The translations under genes were made by a program, and so were the position numbers. Below, in pieces: positions 1 to 12,741 of a DNA stretch of 64,000 bases. Every line of letters starts with the position of its first letter. Position 1 is the stretch's first letter. The DNA comes from Gammaproteobacteria bacterium. Lineage in GTDB: Bacteria > Pseudomonadota > Gammaproteobacteria > SURF-13. The DNA is taken from assembly GCA_038924245.1 (NCBI GenBank), contig JBCKVB010000003.1, positions 358 through 64,357 on the forward strand. The letters run 5' to 3'. The notes under the pieces were generated by a model. It searched no databases. It was not told where the DNA came from and was given only the letters and a program-made list of their open reading frames with translations.

Positions 1-1271
1 TCCAAATCGGTTTGGCTTAACGTGCCTGCGGCTTGTTTCAGGCGCAGGCCTTCCAGAATATAGTCGTAGCGCGTGCGTGCGTAATCACGCCGGGCGCGGA
101 ACAGTTCGCGCTGTGCGTCCAGCACATCCACCTCGGTGCGCGTGCCGGCCTGCGATCCGGCCTCGGTGGCTTCCAGTGCGGTTTGATGGGAGAGCACGGA
201 TTGCTGGAGCGCCTTGACGCGGCTGATGCCCGCGATCACGCCGGCGTAGGCGTCGCGCGTCTGGCGCACCACGGAGCGTAACTGCTGCTCCTGGTTTTCC
301 TGCGCTTGCGTGTATTTATGCCGCGCCTCGCGCGTGCGTGAATTGACCATGCCGCCCTGGAAGATCGGCGCGTTGATCTGCAGGCTGATCGAATCGTTCA
401 AGGTCTCTCTCGCCTCGAAAGGTCCGCCGCCGGATTCGGAGAACACGCGGTTGCCGACGAGGTCCAGCGTGGGCAGGTGCGCGGCGCGCTGGCGCGCGAT
501 CTCTTCCCGCGCCACCTCGGAGGAATGTTGCGCGGCGGTGTATTGTAGGTTTTGCTTGAGCGCGGTCTCCGTCCACTGTTCCACGTCTGCGGGTTCCGGC
601 GTGAGCAGCGGCAACTGTTCGGTGAGCGCGGCCAGGGCGTCATGCTGGCGCGCGGTGATTTCGCGTAGCGCCTCGACGCCGGTGGTGAGCTGGCGCTCGG
701 CGGCGATCTCCTGCGCCAGCGCGGCGTCAAAGCGCGCCTGCGCCTCCTGCACGTCGGTAATGGCCACCAGCCCCACCTCGAAGCGCTGCCGGCTTTGCTC
801 CCGTTCGCGCGCGATGGCCTTCTTCTCGGCACGTGCGAACTCCAGGTTGTCCTGTGCCGCGAGCACGTCGAAATAGCGTGTCGCGCTGCGCAGCATGAGG
901 TCCTGCCGCGCGGCGCCAAACAGAGCGTCGGCCTGGGCGATGCGCGCGTCGGCCTGGCGCAATTGCACGTAGGTGTCGTGGTGATACACCGGCTGGGTGA
1001 GGCTCAAGGTGTAGCCGCTGCTGTTGAAATGCGAGGTACCAGACGGCGCCTCCAGACGGTTGCCGGTGGTATTGGCGTTGGCGCTGATGGCCGGGAACAG
1101 CAGGGCGCGGCTTTGCGGCTTGTTCTCCAGCGTGGCGAGGCGCGCGGCCTCCGCGCCCCTGAGTTGCGGATCGTTTTCTGCGGCGAGCCGGTAGACATCC
1201 AGCAGATTTTCCGCCGCCGCATTGTGCGCCGCCGCAAGGCAAAATAATAAGGTGTAAATCGTGTTACGCAT
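1..1271 (-). CDS. TolC-family outer membrane efflux protein (outer membrane factor of the RND system); C-terminus cut by the window edge
   Basis: Not in the ORF track because it has no stop in the window. My reverse-strand translation from ATG 1271-1269 gives MRNTIYTLLFCLAAAHNAAAENLLDVYRLAAENDPQLRGAEAARLATLENKPQSRALLFPAISANANTTGN...EVGLVAITDVQEAQARFD...TRTEVDVLDAQRELFRARRDYARTRYDYILEGLRLKQAAGTL. This shows a signal peptide and the two TolC repeat motifs. The start overlaps the RND stop by 8 nt, consistent with operon coupling. Confidence 0.85.
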   Translation of the reverse strand, partial: MRNTIYTLLFCLAAAHNAAAENLLDVYRLAAENDPQLRGAEAARLATLENKPQSRALLFPAISANANTTGNRLEAPSGTSHFNSSGYTLSLTQPVYHHDTYVQLRQADARIAQADALFGAARQDLMLRSATRYFDVLAAQDNLEFARAEKKAIAREREQSRQRFEVGLVAITDVQEAQARFDAALAQEIAAERQLTTGVEALREITARQHDALAALTEQLPLLTPEPADVEQWTETALKQNLQYTAAQHSSEVAREEIARQRAAHLPTLDLVGNRVFSESGGGPFEARETLNDSISLQINAPIFQGGMVNSRTREARHKYTQAQENQEQQLRSVVRQTRDAYAGVIAGISRVKALQQSVLSHQTALEATEAGSQAGTRTEVDVLDAQRELFRARRDYARTRYDYILEGLRLKQAAGTLSQTDL

Positions 1272-4200
1272 GGCCTGGTTCTTGAGTGGACTGTGGTGCA
1301 TAGGATATGTGTTGCATGATACCTGGTCCCTCGTGTTTCCGCGTGTGCGATACCAGCGTGTACACGGCGGGAATGATGAACAGGGTGAGCAAGGTGCCGA
1401 GCAGCAGGCCGCCCACGATCACCCAGCCGATGGGCTGGCGGCTCTCCGCTCCCGCGCCGCTCGCCAGCGCGAGCGGCAACGCGCCCAGCACCATGGCGGC
1501 GGTGGTCATCAAAATCGGGCGCAGGCGCAGGCTCGCCGCCTCGATCACCGCGCTCCTCACATCGTGCCCGCGCTCGCGCAGCTTGTTGGCGAAGTCCACG
1601 ATCAGAATACCGTGCTTGGTGATGAGGCCGACCAGCATCACCAAACCGATCTGACTGTACACGTTGAGCGTGCCGCCGGAGAGCTTCAGCGCCAGCAGCG
1701 CGCCGGCGACGGCGAGCGGCACGGTGAGTATGATGATGAACGGGTCAATGAAGCTTTCGAACTGCGCCGCGAGCACCAGATAAATAAACAGCAGCGCCAG
1801 CACAAAGGTGAGATATAAAGTGGCGCCCGATTCCTTGAGCTCGCGCGACTGGCCGTCCAGCGAGGTCTGCGTGCCGGGCGGCAATGTTTCCCTGGCCGCT
1901 TGTTCCATGAAATCGAGCGCCTCGCCCAGCGAATAACCCGGCGCGATGTTGGCGCTGAGGGTGGCCGAGCGCAGGCGGTTGAAGTGATTGAGATCCTTGG
2001 GGGCCACGGTTTCGCGCACGCGCACCAGGTTGGAGAGCTGGATCATCTGCCCGTCGCTGCCGCGCACATAAATAGAAGAAAGGTCGCCGGGTTCCCTGCG
2101 CTCCTCATCTCTCAATTTCACGATCACGTCGTATTGCTCGCCCTCGCGTTTGAAGCGCGTCACCTGACGCCCGCCGAGCAGGGTTTCCAGCGTGCGTCCG
2201 ACCTTGTCCACCCCCACCCCCAAGTCGGCGGCCTTGTCGCGGTCCAGCTCCACGCTGAGCTGCGGCTTGTTGAGCTTGAGATCGCTGTCCAGATTGGTGA
2301 GCCCGGGAAACTCTCCCGCCTTGGCGAGCATGGCGTTCACCATGGTCTGCAACTCCGCGTAGGAACTTCCCTGCAACACGAATTGCAGCGGCGGATTGCG
2401 AAAGCCCTGGCCGAGCGAGGGCGGCTGCACCGGGAAGGCACGCACGCCGGGCAGGCCGGACATCTTGCCGCCGAGTTCCCCCGCGATTTCCTTGGCGTTG
2501 CGCTCGCGCTCCTCCCACGGTTTCAGGTTCACGAAGGAGATCGCCATGGTGACCGGGTTGGGACGCTCCAGACCGGGGGCGACAATCATGAAATAGGTAT
2601 TGATCTCCGGCACCTGCGCGTAAAAACCCTCCACCTGGCGCGCGTAGCGGTCGGTGTAGTCCATGGTCGCGCCTTCGGGCGAGAACATCATGCCAACCAA
2701 CAGGCCGCGATCTTCCAGCGGCGCGAGCTCGGACTTCAGGATGGTCATCAACCCCACAATGCCGGCCAGAACCGCAACCCCGACCGGGGCCAGCAGCCAG
2801 CGCCGGTCGAGCGTGCGCGCCAGGGCGCGTTGATAGCCTTGGTTAAGCGCATGCAGCCACTGTTCGCTCATCAGATAAAGGCGCGAGTGTTTGGTTTCCG
2901 GGCGCAGTATCTTGGAGCACATCATGGGCGTGAGCGACAGCGCGACAAAGCCCGACACCAATACGGCGGCGGCGACGGTGAGCCCGAACTCGGCGAACAG
3001 GCGTCCGGTGTTGCCGGGCATGAAGGAGAGCGGCGCGAACACCGCCACCAGGGTCAGCGTCATGGCGATCACCGCGAAGGCGATCTCCTTGCTGCCCTCC
3101 AGCGCGGCGCGCACGGCGTCCATGCCGTGTTCGATGCGGCGCTGGATGTTCTCCAGCATCACGATGGCGTCGTCCACCACCAGGCCGATGGCCAGCACCA
3201 GGCCGAGCAGGGTGAGCACGTTGATGGAAAAGCCCAGCACGTAGAGAAAGATGAACGCGCCGATGAGCGACACCGGGATGGCGATCAACGGGATCAGCGT
3301 GGCGCGCAGCGTGCGCAGGAATAAAAAGATCACCAGGATCACTAGCAGCAGCGCTTCAAGCATGGTCTTGAACACCGCCTCGAGGGACTTTTCGATGAAT
3401 ACCGATCGATCGAACGCGACCTTGAGCTGCATGCCTTCGGGCAGTCCCGCGCTGATCCGGGGCAGTTCCTGCTTCACCGCCTGCGCCACGGACAGCGTGT
3501 TGGCGGTGGATTGCTTCACCACGCCGAGGCCCACCGCCGGATTGCCGTTCACGCGCACCGCATTGCGCTCATCCGCCGCGCCAATCTCGGCGCGGCCCAC
3601 GTCGCCTAGGCGCACCGGATAGCCGCCCGCTTCGCGGATGATGACGCGGTTGAACTGCTCCGGCGTGCGCAGATCGGCTTCGGTGAGCACGGAAAACTCC
3701 CGCTGACTGCTCTCAATGCGCCCGGAGGGGATTTCCAGATTCTGATTGCGCAGCGCGTCTTCCACGTCCTGTGGTGTCAATTGATAGGCCGCGAGGCGGT
3801 CGCGATCGAGCCAGATGCGCATGGCGTAACGCCGCTCGCCGCCGATAATTACGCTCGCCACGCCAGGCAGAGTCTGCAGACGGTCCTGCACCACGCGGTC
3901 GGCATAATCGGTAATTTCCAGATGATTGTGGCGGTCACTGGAAAAGGCGATCCACATGATGGCCTGCGCGTCGGCCTCGATCTTGGCCACCACCGGTTCA
4001 TCCACTTCGTCCGGAAGTCTGCCGCGCACCCGCGCTACGCGGTCGCGCACGTCGCTCGCCGCCGCATCCGGATCACGCGTGCGCACGAACTCCACGCTGA
4101 TCTGGCTCACCTCCTCGCGGCTCGCCGACTTGATGGTCTTGACGCCCTCGATGCCGGACAGCGCGTCTTCCAGCGGATGCGTGACCTGGCTTTCGATCAC

Positions 4201-4371
4201 CTCCGCGTTGGCGCCGGTGTACACGGTGCGCACCGACACGACGGGCGCGTCAATGTCGGGATATTCGCGCACCGTGAGGCGCTCATAGGCGATGACGCCG
4301 ATCAGGACCACCATTAGGCTCATCACGGTGGCGAGCACCGGGCGGCGGATGGATAATTCCCAAAGCGTCAT
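1264..4371 (-). CDS. RND (HAE1, AcrB/MdtB-like) multidrug efflux permease, 1035 aa
   Basis: Full-length ORF. N-terminus MTLWELSIRRPVLATVMSLMVVLIGVIAYERLTVREYPDIDAPVVSV and 12-TM/large-loop organisation are typical of AcrB-family pumps. It lies between the MFP and OMF genes. Confidence 0.95.
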   Translation of the reverse strand: MTLWELSIRRPVLATVMSLMVVLIGVIAYERLTVREYPDIDAPVVSVRTVYTGANAEVIESQVTHPLEDALSGIEGVKTIKSASREEVSQISVEFVRTRDPDAAASDVRDRVARVRGRLPDEVDEPVVAKIEADAQAIMWIAFSSDRHNHLEITDYADRVVQDRLQTLPGVASVIIGGERRYAMRIWLDRDRLAAYQLTPQDVEDALRNQNLEIPSGRIESSQREFSVLTEADLRTPEQFNRVIIREAGGYPVRLGDVGRAEIGAADERNAVRVNGNPAVGLGVVKQSTANTLSVAQAVKQELPRISAGLPEGMQLKVAFDRSVFIEKSLEAVFKTMLEALLLVILVIFLFLRTLRATLIPLIAIPVSLIGAFIFLYVLGFSINVLTLLGLVLAIGLVVDDAIVMLENIQRRIEHGMDAVRAALEGSKEIAFAVIAMTLTLVAVFAPLSFMPGNTGRLFAEFGLTVAAAVLVSGFVALSLTPMMCSKILRPETKHSRLYLMSEQWLHALNQGYQRALARTLDRRWLLAPVGVAVLAGIVGLMTILKSELAPLEDRGLLVGMMFSPEGATMDYTDRYARQVEGFYAQVPEINTYFMIVAPGLERPNPVTMAISFVNLKPWEERERNAKEIAGELGGKMSGLPGVRAFPVQPPSLGQGFRNPPLQFVLQGSSYAELQTMVNAMLAKAGEFPGLTNLDSDLKLNKPQLSVELDRDKAADLGVGVDKVGRTLETLLGGRQVTRFKREGEQYDVIVKLRDEERREPGDLSSIYVRGSDGQMIQLSNLVRVRETVAPKDLNHFNRLRSATLSANIAPGYSLGEALDFMEQAARETLPPGTQTSLDGQSRELKESGATLYLTFVLALLFIYLVLAAQFESFIDPFIIILTVPLAVAGALLALKLSGGTLNVYSQIGLVMLVGLITKHGILIVDFANKLRERGHDVRSAVIEAASLRLRPILMTTAAMVLGALPLALASGAGAESRQPIGWVIVGGLLLGTLLTLFIIPAVYTLVSHTRKHEGPGIMQHISYAPQSTQEPGHA

Positions 4372-4375
4372 AGGG

Positions 4376-5476
4376 CTAACTGCCGCCTGGGGCGGCCGGC
4401 GCCGGGCTGCTTGTTTGGCCGATGATGCGCACCGCCATGCCGTCGCGCAGCCGGGTCTGGCCGGCGGTCACCACCGTGTCGCCCGCGCTCAAGCCCGCGC
4501 TGATCTCCACCTTGCCGTTTTCGCGTTGCCCGGTCTCTACCTTGGTTTGCAGCGCCTTACCGTCCACGATGCGAAACACAAATTGTTCATCCCCGATGGG
4601 TACCAGCGCCTGCTCCGGCGCCAGCAGCGCCTGCGCGCGGCTCTCCAGCACCAGCGCCACGCGCGCGAACATGCCGGGGCGCAGGCGCTGTTCAGGGTTC
4701 GGGATGTGCGCGCGCAACAGCAAGGTGCGCGTTTGCTCATCCAGGCGCGGGTCTATGGCGTAGACCTTGCCGCCGAAAGTCTCGCTTGGATAGGCATCCA
4801 CCCGAGTGTTGACCTGTTGACCTTGTTTGATGCCGGCAAGGTAAATTTCCGGCACGCGGAAATCGAGTTTGAGCGATTGGATGTCTTCCAGGTTGACGAT
4901 GTCCGCGCCCTCCTTGATGTAATCGCCCGCGCTCACCTGACGCAAACCGAGCACGCCGGAAAACGGGGCATGAATGCGGGTTTTGGCCAGGCGTGCCTGT
5001 TGCAGATTGTGACGCGCGCGCGCCTCACTGAGGCGGGCGAGCGCTTCGTCGTAATTTTGCCGGCTCAGCAGCTGCTTCTCGAATATTTCCTGCGCGCGCG
5101 CAAAGTTGAGTTCGGCGAGTTTGACCGTGGCGGCGCTTTCGGCCAACTGGGCGCGCGGTTCCGCGTCATCGAGACTGATGAGCGGGGCGTTTTTCGCTAC
5201 CGCAGCGCCCTCTTGAAAATGAATCGCGGCGATGCGCCCGGCGATCTCGGAGCGGATCATCACCGATTCATTGGCGCGCAGCGTGCCCACGGCCGTGACC
5301 GCGCTCGTCACCGTGCCGGTTTCCACCACCACCGCTTCCACCGGGAGTGTCATACCGCCGGGCGGTGCGCCACCCTTGGACGCGCCTTGCCGCTCCCCGT
5401 CCGTGCAGGCGCCTGCCACAAGCAGCAACAGCGCGGTGAATAACCCTCTTCCAAGCAGGCGTATACAACGATTCAT
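4376..5476 (-). CDS. RND efflux periplasmic adaptor (membrane fusion protein, HlyD/AcrA family)
   Basis: 366-aa ORF with a lipoprotein-like N-terminus (LLLVAGAC), coiled-coil hairpin and beta-barrel segments. It sits 4 nt upstream of the RND gene. Confidence 0.9.
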   Translation of the reverse strand: MNRCIRLLGRGLFTALLLLVAGACTDGERQGASKGGAPPGGMTLPVEAVVVETGTVTSAVTAVGTLRANESVMIRSEIAGRIAAIHFQEGAAVAKNAPLISLDDAEPRAQLAESAATVKLAELNFARAQEIFEKQLLSRQNYDEALARLSEARARHNLQQARLAKTRIHAPFSGVLGLRQVSAGDYIKEGADIVNLEDIQSLKLDFRVPEIYLAGIKQGQQVNTRVDAYPSETFGGKVYAIDPRLDEQTRTLLLRAHIPNPEQRLRPGMFARVALVLESRAQALLAPEQALVPIGDEQFVFRIVDGKALQTKVETGQRENGKVEISAGLSAGDTVVTAGQTRLRDGMAVRIIGQTSSPAPAAPGGS

Positions 5477-5579
5477 GGTGTGAAAAATACCGGGTTTGAG
5501 TGAGTTTGCATGCGGGCGTGTTTAACGGATGATACCTGCAATACCGGTTACGGCACAGCTACAGCGGCCATCGGGCGCG

Positions 5580-6242
5580 TTAGAACACGAAGGCCTGCGG
5601 CTTGGGCGCGTTGACCAGCGGCGGGATGTCCGTTTCAAACAGGCTTTCGCGCGACCATTCACGGGGACCGAGACGGGTAATGAGCAAGGCTTCCATCGCG
5701 GGCGCTAGGCCCACGATCATAAACAGCCGCCCACCCACCTTAAGTTGCTCCTGAAAGTGCGCGCTGAACAGCGGCAACGAACCGGTCACGGCGATGACAT
5801 CATAAGGCGCGTGCTTCTTCCAGCCGTTCACGCCGTCGCCGGTTTCCAGCGCCGCGTTGAGGATGCCCCGCGCGGCGAGCGTCTGCCGCGCGCGCGCGCT
5901 GAAATCAGGATAGATGTCCACGCTGTGCACGTGTCGGGCGAGGCTGGCGAGCAGGGCGGTCAAATAGCCGCTACCGGTGCCGACCTCCAGCACCGTATCG
6001 GCGGGTTGCACGTCCAGCGTCTGAATCAGCCTGGCCTCGACCTTCGGGAGCATCATCACTTCACCGTGGCCGAGCGGGATATTCATGTCCGCGAACGCCA
6101 GGCTGCGGTATGGCGCCGGCACGAACTGCTCGCGCGGCATGCGCGCGAGCAGTTCGAGCACGCGCGGATCCAGCACCTCCCAGGTGCGGATTTGCTGTTC
6201 AATCATGTTAAAGCGGGCTTGCTCCATATTCAGGGGATTCAT
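5580..6242 (-). CDS. protein-L-isoaspartate O-methyltransferase family protein
   Basis: 220-aa ORF with the SAM-binding motif VLEVGTGSGYLTALLA and overall PIMT-like layout. Confidence 0.85.
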   Translation of the reverse strand: MNPLNMEQARFNMIEQQIRTWEVLDPRVLELLARMPREQFVPAPYRSLAFADMNIPLGHGEVMMLPKVEARLIQTLDVQPADTVLEVGTGSGYLTALLASLARHVHSVDIYPDFSARARQTLAARGILNAALETGDGVNGWKKHAPYDVIAVTGSLPLFSAHFQEQLKVGGRLFMIVGLAPAMEALLITRLGPREWSRESLFETDIPPLVNAPKPQAFVF

Positions 6243-6364
6243 GGCGGCGGTGCGTGGTGGGGGCGTGGTAAATTCGGGTTCAACAGGTTAAGCGCTTTGC
6301 CGTTCGCGCGCAAGAGCGGGCGCGTGACAGGGCTTGCAAATGCGCCTGCGGTGGGCTAGTTTGA

Positions 6365-6475
6365 ACGCAGCAGCTAGGGGTGTCCCGCACTAGTCCGATC
6401 AATAGTGCGGGGCTGAGAGAGCAAACCCTTTGAACCTGATCCGGTTTATCCCGGCGTAGGAAAGCGGCGTCCCTC
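6365..6475 (+). promoter_or_regulatory. TPP (THI-box) riboswitch in the thiC leader
   Basis: Conserved cores are visible: CTAGGGGTG...GGCTGAGAGAGCAAACCCTTTGAACCTGATCCGGTTTATCCCGGCGTAGGAAAGC. It lies about 35 nt upstream of the thiC Shine-Dalgarno (GAGGTGA) and start. Confidence 0.9.
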
Positions 6476-6842
6476 CGTGTTCCTGCGTCCCTGTCGTCGA
6501 GGTGAGTGATGAGCGCAGTGCCTGAAAAAATCCTGAGCAACACCGTCACGCTGGATGCGGCGGTCACGCGGCCGTTCCCGAATTCGCGCAAGGTGTACGT
6601 AATGGGCAGCCGCGCCGACATCCGCGTGCCGATGCGCGAGGTGACGCTTTCCCCCACGCCCGCGAGTTTCGGCGCCGAACCCAACCCGCCGGTGTATGTT
6701 TATGACACCTCCGGCCCGTATACCGACCCGGAGGCGCGGATTGGCCTGCGCCGCGGCCTGCCCGCCTTGCGCGCGGCGTGGATCGTGGAGCGCAACGATA
6801 CCGAACTACTGTCCGAGATTAGCTCGCAGAAGGAGCACACGG

Positions 6843-8665
<1,823 letters not shown>

Positions 8666-8736
8666 TTGGCGGCTTGTGCCGGGGATGGCCTTCATTTCAT
8701 AAACCGGCCGCCGCCTCTGACTAAACGTTCCCGCAC

Positions 8737-9687
8737 ATGCTCACCCTCTATCCCAACATCAAACCTTACGTCGAGCGTAGTCTGGCGGTGGAGCCCCCGC
8801 ACGTGCTGCACGTGGAAGAGTGCGGCAATCCACGCGGCCTGCCGGTGCTGTTCGTGCACGGCGGGCCGGGGGCGGGATGCGAGGCATATCACCGGCGCTT
8901 TTTTGATCCGGACGTTTATCGCATCATCCTGTTCGACCAGCGCGGCGCGGGGCGCTCTGTGCCGCACGCGGAGCTTGAAGGAAATAACACACAGGCGCTG
9001 GTGTCCGACATGGAGCGCATACGCGAGCACCTGGGTATCGGGCGCTGGGTGCTGTTCGGCGGCTCGTGGGGTTCGACGCTGGCGCTGGTCTATGCACAGA
9101 CGTATCCGGAACGTGTTTTAGGATTAATTCTGCGCGGCATTTTTCTGTGCCGCCCGCGCGAGATACAGTGGTTTTATCAGGATGGCGCTAATCGCCTGTT
9201 TCCCGATTACTGGCGGGAGTTCGCGCATCCCATCCCGGAGGCCGAGCGCGGCGACATGCTGCGCGCCTATCACCGTTTACTGACCGGCGCGGATGAAATC
9301 GAGCGCCTCACCGCGGCCAAGGCCTGGTCGGTGTGGGAGGGGCGTACGCTGACGCTGATTGAAAACCGCTCCGTTGTGGAGCACTTCGGGAACCCGCACC
9401 ACGCGCTCAGTCTGGCGCGCATCGAGTGCCATTACTTTATGAATAACAGCTTCCTTAAAGAAAACCAGATTTTGCGCGACGCGCACCGGTTGCGCGATAT
9501 TCCCGGCGTGATGGTGCACGGCCGTTACGACGTGGTGTGTCCTTTGGAAAGCGCGTGGGAGTTGCATCAATCCTGGCCGCAGGCGGAGTTTAAAATCATT
9601 CCCGGCGCGGGACATGCGGCGAGCGAACCCAGCATCGTGGACGCGCTGGTGTGCGCCACGCGCGATATGGCAAGGCGTTTGGCATGA
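8737..9687 (+). CDS. pip: prolyl aminopeptidase (proline iminopeptidase)
   Basis: 316 aa with alpha/beta-hydrolase motifs HGGPG and [10 protein letters not shown]. End-to-end resemblance to Pip. Confidence 0.9.
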   Translation: MLTLYPNIKPYVERSLAVEPPHVLHVEECGNPRGLPVLFVHGGPGAGCEAYHRRFFDPDVYRIILFDQRGAGRSVPHAELEGNNTQALVSDMERIREHLGIGRWVLFGGSWGSTLALVYAQTYPERVLGLILRGIFLCRPREIQWFYQDGANRLFPDYWREFAHPIPEAERGDMLRAYHRLLTGADEIERLTAAKAWSVWEGRTLTLIENRSVVEHFGNPHHALSLARIECHYFMNNSFLKENQILRDAHRLRDIPGVMVHGRYDVVCPLESAWELHQSWPQAEFKIIPGAGHAASEPSIVDALVCATRDMARRLA

Positions 9688-10121
9688 TCGCCTTGTTGCA
9701 GCGCGTCACGCAGGCGCAGGTTGTGGTCGCCCGCCAGACCATCGCTCAAATCGGTCCAGGGCTGCTGGTGTTTATCGGCGTGGAGCGTAGCGATGCCGAG
9801 CAACAGGCGGAGCGGCTGCTGCAACGCCTGTTGCACTACCGCGTGTTCGCCGATCAAGACGGCAAAATGAATCGCGGTTTGCTGGATGTGAACGGCGGCC
9901 TGCTGCTGGTGCCGCAGTTCACCCTGGCCGCCGATACACACAAGGGTTTGCGGCCGAGTTTCACGCCCGCCGCCGAACCGCAGCACGGCGAGTGGCTGTT
10001 TGACTATTTGGTCCAGCAGGCGCGCGCGCAATATGGCAAGATCGAGACGGGCCGGTTCGGCGCCGACATGCAGGTTACGCTCACCAATGACGGCCCAGTG
10101 ACATTTTGGTTACAGGTTTGA
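9684..10121 (+). CDS. dtd: D-aminoacyl-tRNA deacylase
   Basis: [15 protein letters not shown]...GLLVFIGVE...[14 protein letters not shown]...[20 protein letters not shown] is canonical Dtd. ATG 9684 overlaps the pip stop (ATGA). The ORF-track start at 9651 is probably too early. Confidence 0.9.
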   Translation: MIALLQRVTQAQVVVARQTIAQIGPGLLVFIGVERSDAEQQAERLLQRLLHYRVFADQDGKMNRGLLDVNGGLLLVPQFTLAADTHKGLRPSFTPAAEPQHGEWLFDYLVQQARAQYGKIETGRFGADMQVTLTNDGPVTFWLQV

Positions 10122-10237
10122 TCAAAAAGCGGTTTGACAGCTTGGCTGAATGTGCTCAGTACAGTGCGTGAGGCGGAACTTTTTACTCGCCAGCCAGACT
10201 AATACTGCACCCAATCAAGCAATCAGGAGGAAAAGCC

Positions 10238-10573
10238 ATGAAAACGTTCAAGACCCTGTTATTTTCTCTGTTATTCGGCATCACTACGCTGTCCTTCGCC
10301 GCCGATGGCTCCATCACCATCACTTCCCCTGCGGACGGCGCCACCATCAAGGCCGGCACCAAGACCGAGCTGGTGTACGAAATTAACCCTGGTCCGAGCG
10401 GCGATCATTTCCACATCTATGTGAATGGCAAGGAAGATGTGGTGCGCGGCCTCAAGGGCAGCTATACGCTTCCCAAGTTAGCCGCCGGCAAACACACCAT
10501 CACGATCAAAGTGGTGAATAAGGGTCACACCCCGGTGGGTATAGAAAAAACCATTACCGTCACCGCTGAGTAG
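10238..10573 (+). CDS. small secreted protein, Ig-like beta-sandwich (possibly DUF4399-like); function unknown
   Basis: Good SD (AGGAGG) 8 nt upstream. Signal peptide MKTFKTLLFSLLFGITTLSFA. The motifs SPADGATI, GDHFHIYVNG and AGKHTITIKV recall DUF4399, but this is a recollection only. Confidence 0.7.
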   Translation: MKTFKTLLFSLLFGITTLSFAADGSITITSPADGATIKAGTKTELVYEINPGPSGDHFHIYVNGKEDVVRGLKGSYTLPKLAAGKHTITIKVVNKGHTPVGIEKTITVTAE

Positions 10574-10989
10574 TGGCGCTGCTCGAAAACCTCGCCTATA
10601 CAGGCGTACAACTGGCGCATAACTTCGGCGCCGTGGCGGTGGTGGCTTCCGCCGCCGCCGCCGTCTGGCTGGTGCCCGGCAATGCCCTGCTGCAGCGCAA
10701 GCTCGCCAGGTTGATGGCGCTGGGCTGGGTGGTGCAGGGCGTGAGCGGCCCTTTATTCGGCGCGGTGAGCCTGGGTTTCCACGGCAAACTTCCCGATATC
10801 AAAGGCATCGCGATTGCCGCGCTGGCCATAAAAATCGTGAGCGTGGTGATTGGTCTTGTACTGGTGTTGGGTTATCTGGAAAAGGCCGAGGCGTGGAGTG
10901 AGCAGCGCCGCCACGCGACGTGGCGTACGCTTGCCGCGCTCGCGCTTATACCGCTGGCGAGCGCCGCCTTTCTGCGCTGGTTTTCTTAA
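10573..10989 (+). CDS. integral membrane protein (about 4 TM), function unknown
   Basis: 138-aa hydrophobic ORF. Its GTG start overlaps the upstream stop by 1 nt, which suggests translational coupling. Confidence 0.6.
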   Translation: MALLENLAYTGVQLAHNFGAVAVVASAAAAVWLVPGNALLQRKLARLMALGWVVQGVSGPLFGAVSLGFHGKLPDIKGIAIAALAIKIVSVVIGLVLVLGYLEKAEAWSEQRRHATWRTLAALALIPLASAAFLRWFS

Positions 10990-12062
10990 CGGCGCTGGGG
11001 GTTGTGATAGCGCGCGCTGAGCTCATGCACCGCAGCTATGAACGCCGCCGCGTGTTCGGGGTTTACATGCTGGTGGATGCCGTGGCCTAAATTGAACACA
11101 TGTCCCGTGCCGGGGCCGTAGCTGGCGAGGATGGTTTCGACTTCGGCGCGGATGCGCTCCGGCGCGGCGTAAAGAACGGCCGGGTCCATGTTGCCTTGCA
11201 GCGCGACTTTACCGCCCACACGAGCGCGCGCGTCTTTAAGATCGGTGGTCCAGTCTATGCCGAGCGCGTCACAGCCGGTTTGCGCCATCGCCTCCAGCCA
11301 TTGGCCGCCATTTTTGGTGAACAGTATCACCGGCACGCGGCGTCCGTCATGTTCGCGAGTCAGCCCACGCACGATTTGTTCCATATAGCGCAGAGAAAAC
11401 TCCTTGTAATCGCGCGGCGTGAGCACGCCGCCCCAGGTGTCAAATACCATCACCGCTTGCGCGCCCGCGGCGATCTGTGCGTTGAGGTACACCGTGACCG
11501 CGCGCGCGAGCACGTCCAGCAACTGATGCATGACCCTGGGTTCGTCAAACAGCATGCGTTTGATGTGGGCGAACTCCTTGGTGCCCTCGCCCTCTACCAT
11601 GTAGGTGGCGAGCGTCCACGGGCTGCCCGCGAAGCCAATCAGCGGCACGCGCCCGTGCAGTTCGCGGCGAATCAGGCGCACTGCGTCCATCACGTAACGG
11701 AGCTCACCTTCCGGGTCAGGTACGTTCAGCGCGGCGACATCCTGGGCGGTGCGCACCGGCTTCTTGAAGCGCGGCCCTTCGCCTTCCGAGAAATACAATC
11801 CCAAACCCATTGCATCAGGTATGGTAAGAATATCGGAAAACAGAATCGCGGCGTCGAGCGGAAAACGATCCAGCGGTTGCAGCGTGACTTCGCAGGCCAG
11901 CTCCGGCGTCTTGCACAGCGCCATGAAGTCCCCCGCTTTCTGGCGCGTGGCGCGGTATTCAGGCAAATATCTGCCCGCCTGGCGCATCATCCATACCGGC
12001 GTGACATCAACGGGTTGGCGCAGCAGCGCGCGCAGGAAACGGTCGTTTTTAAGTGGGGTCAT
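10986..12062 (-). CDS. hemE: uroporphyrinogen decarboxylase
   Basis: 358 aa. The N-terminus [36 protein letters not shown] is the HemE signature. Confidence 0.95.
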   Translation of the reverse strand: MTPLKNDRFLRALLRQPVDVTPVWMMRQAGRYLPEYRATRQKAGDFMALCKTPELACEVTLQPLDRFPLDAAILFSDILTIPDAMGLGLYFSEGEGPRFKKPVRTAQDVAALNVPDPEGELRYVMDAVRLIRRELHGRVPLIGFAGSPWTLATYMVEGEGTKEFAHIKRMLFDEPRVMHQLLDVLARAVTVYLNAQIAAGAQAVMVFDTWGGVLTPRDYKEFSLRYMEQIVRGLTREHDGRRVPVILFTKNGGQWLEAMAQTGCDALGIDWTTDLKDARARVGGKVALQGNMDPAVLYAAPERIRAEVETILASYGPGTGHVFNLGHGIHQHVNPEHAAAFIAAVHELSARYHNPQRR

Positions 12063-12072
12063 AGAAGTAGAA

Positions 12073-12477
12073 TTACTTGCCGGGTTTTTTCTTAACGGCT
12101 TTGAAGCTCTGTGTCAGCCACTGCGCAATCTCGGCCTCGGTTAACTGGCCCGCAGCGAGCGCGGTCACCGCACTTACCACTTCCGCTTCGTTCACCATGG
12201 GTTGAAAGCCATTATCCATTAGAAACACCGCGCTGGTAAGAAACGCCGTGCGTTTGTTGCCGTCAATAAAGGGATGATTCTTGGCGATGCCGTGGCCATA
12301 AGCGGCGGCAAGCTCGTGCAATGTGGGTGCGCCATAGCAAAATAAATTTTCAGGACGCGCCAGCGCCGAATCGAGCAGGCCTTCATCGCGTACACCGTCG
12401 CTGCCGCCAAAAGCGGCAATACATTCCTTATGCAGGGCCAGCACAACTTGGCGGCTCACCCAGCGCGGCGGCTTCAC
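12073..12477 (-). CDS. doc: Doc/Fic-family toxin (death-on-curing)
   Basis: 134 aa with the Doc-type Fic motif [12 protein letters not shown]. It overlaps the upstream antitoxin gene by 4 nt. Confidence 0.85.
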   Translation of the reverse strand: MKPPRWVSRQVVLALHKECIAAFGGSDGVRDEGLLDSALARPENLFCYGAPTLHELAAAYGHGIAKNHPFIDGNKRTAFLTSAVFLMDNGFQPMVNEAEVVSAVTALAAGQLTEAEIAQWLTQSFKAVKKKPGK

Positions 12478-12698
12478 TTGGCCAATTCACGCAATGCGTT
12501 GCGATAGCGCCGCATTACCTGTTTGCCCAACTTCATTTGGCGCTCGAAGTCCGGGTCGTAGGCGGTAATTTCATAACCGGAGGGTGTTTCGATTAGAAAT
12601 ATTTCATCGCCTTTTTCGGCGCGCAATTTAGCCAAGGCCTGTTTCGGCAGAATCAGGCCGGTGGAATTCCCCACCGTGGTCAGTTTGGCTTTGAGCAT
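12474..12698 (-). CDS. AbrB/MazE/SpoVT-type antitoxin
   Basis: 74 aa. MLKAKLTTVGNSTGLILPKQALAKL is a swapped-hairpin (SpoVT/AbrB) DNA-binding N-terminus. It is paired with doc. Confidence 0.8.
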   Translation of the reverse strand: MLKAKLTTVGNSTGLILPKQALAKLRAEKGDEIFLIETPSGYEITAYDPDFERQMKLGKQVMRRYRNALRELAK

Positions 12699-12707
12699 AA
12701 AGGCCTC

Positions 12708-12723
12708 TATAACGATAGTTATA
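12708..12723. promoter_or_regulatory. palindromic operator candidate in the TA promoter region (TATAAC-GATA-GTTATA)
   Basis: Perfect 6-bp arms lie 10-25 nt upstream of the antitoxin start, within an AT-rich stretch that has TATAAT-like hexamers on the minus strand. Confidence 0.35.
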
Positions 12724-12741
12724 CTGGATTATAACTTATGT

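Noticed and set aside
1900-3324. 474-aa ORF on the plus strand, with similar long ORFs antisense to gltB, smc, lon, priA, ResB and hemE
   Set aside because: All overlap strongly supported genes on the opposite strand and translate to low-complexity R/A/G/H/Q-rich sequences. These are typical high-GC artefacts.
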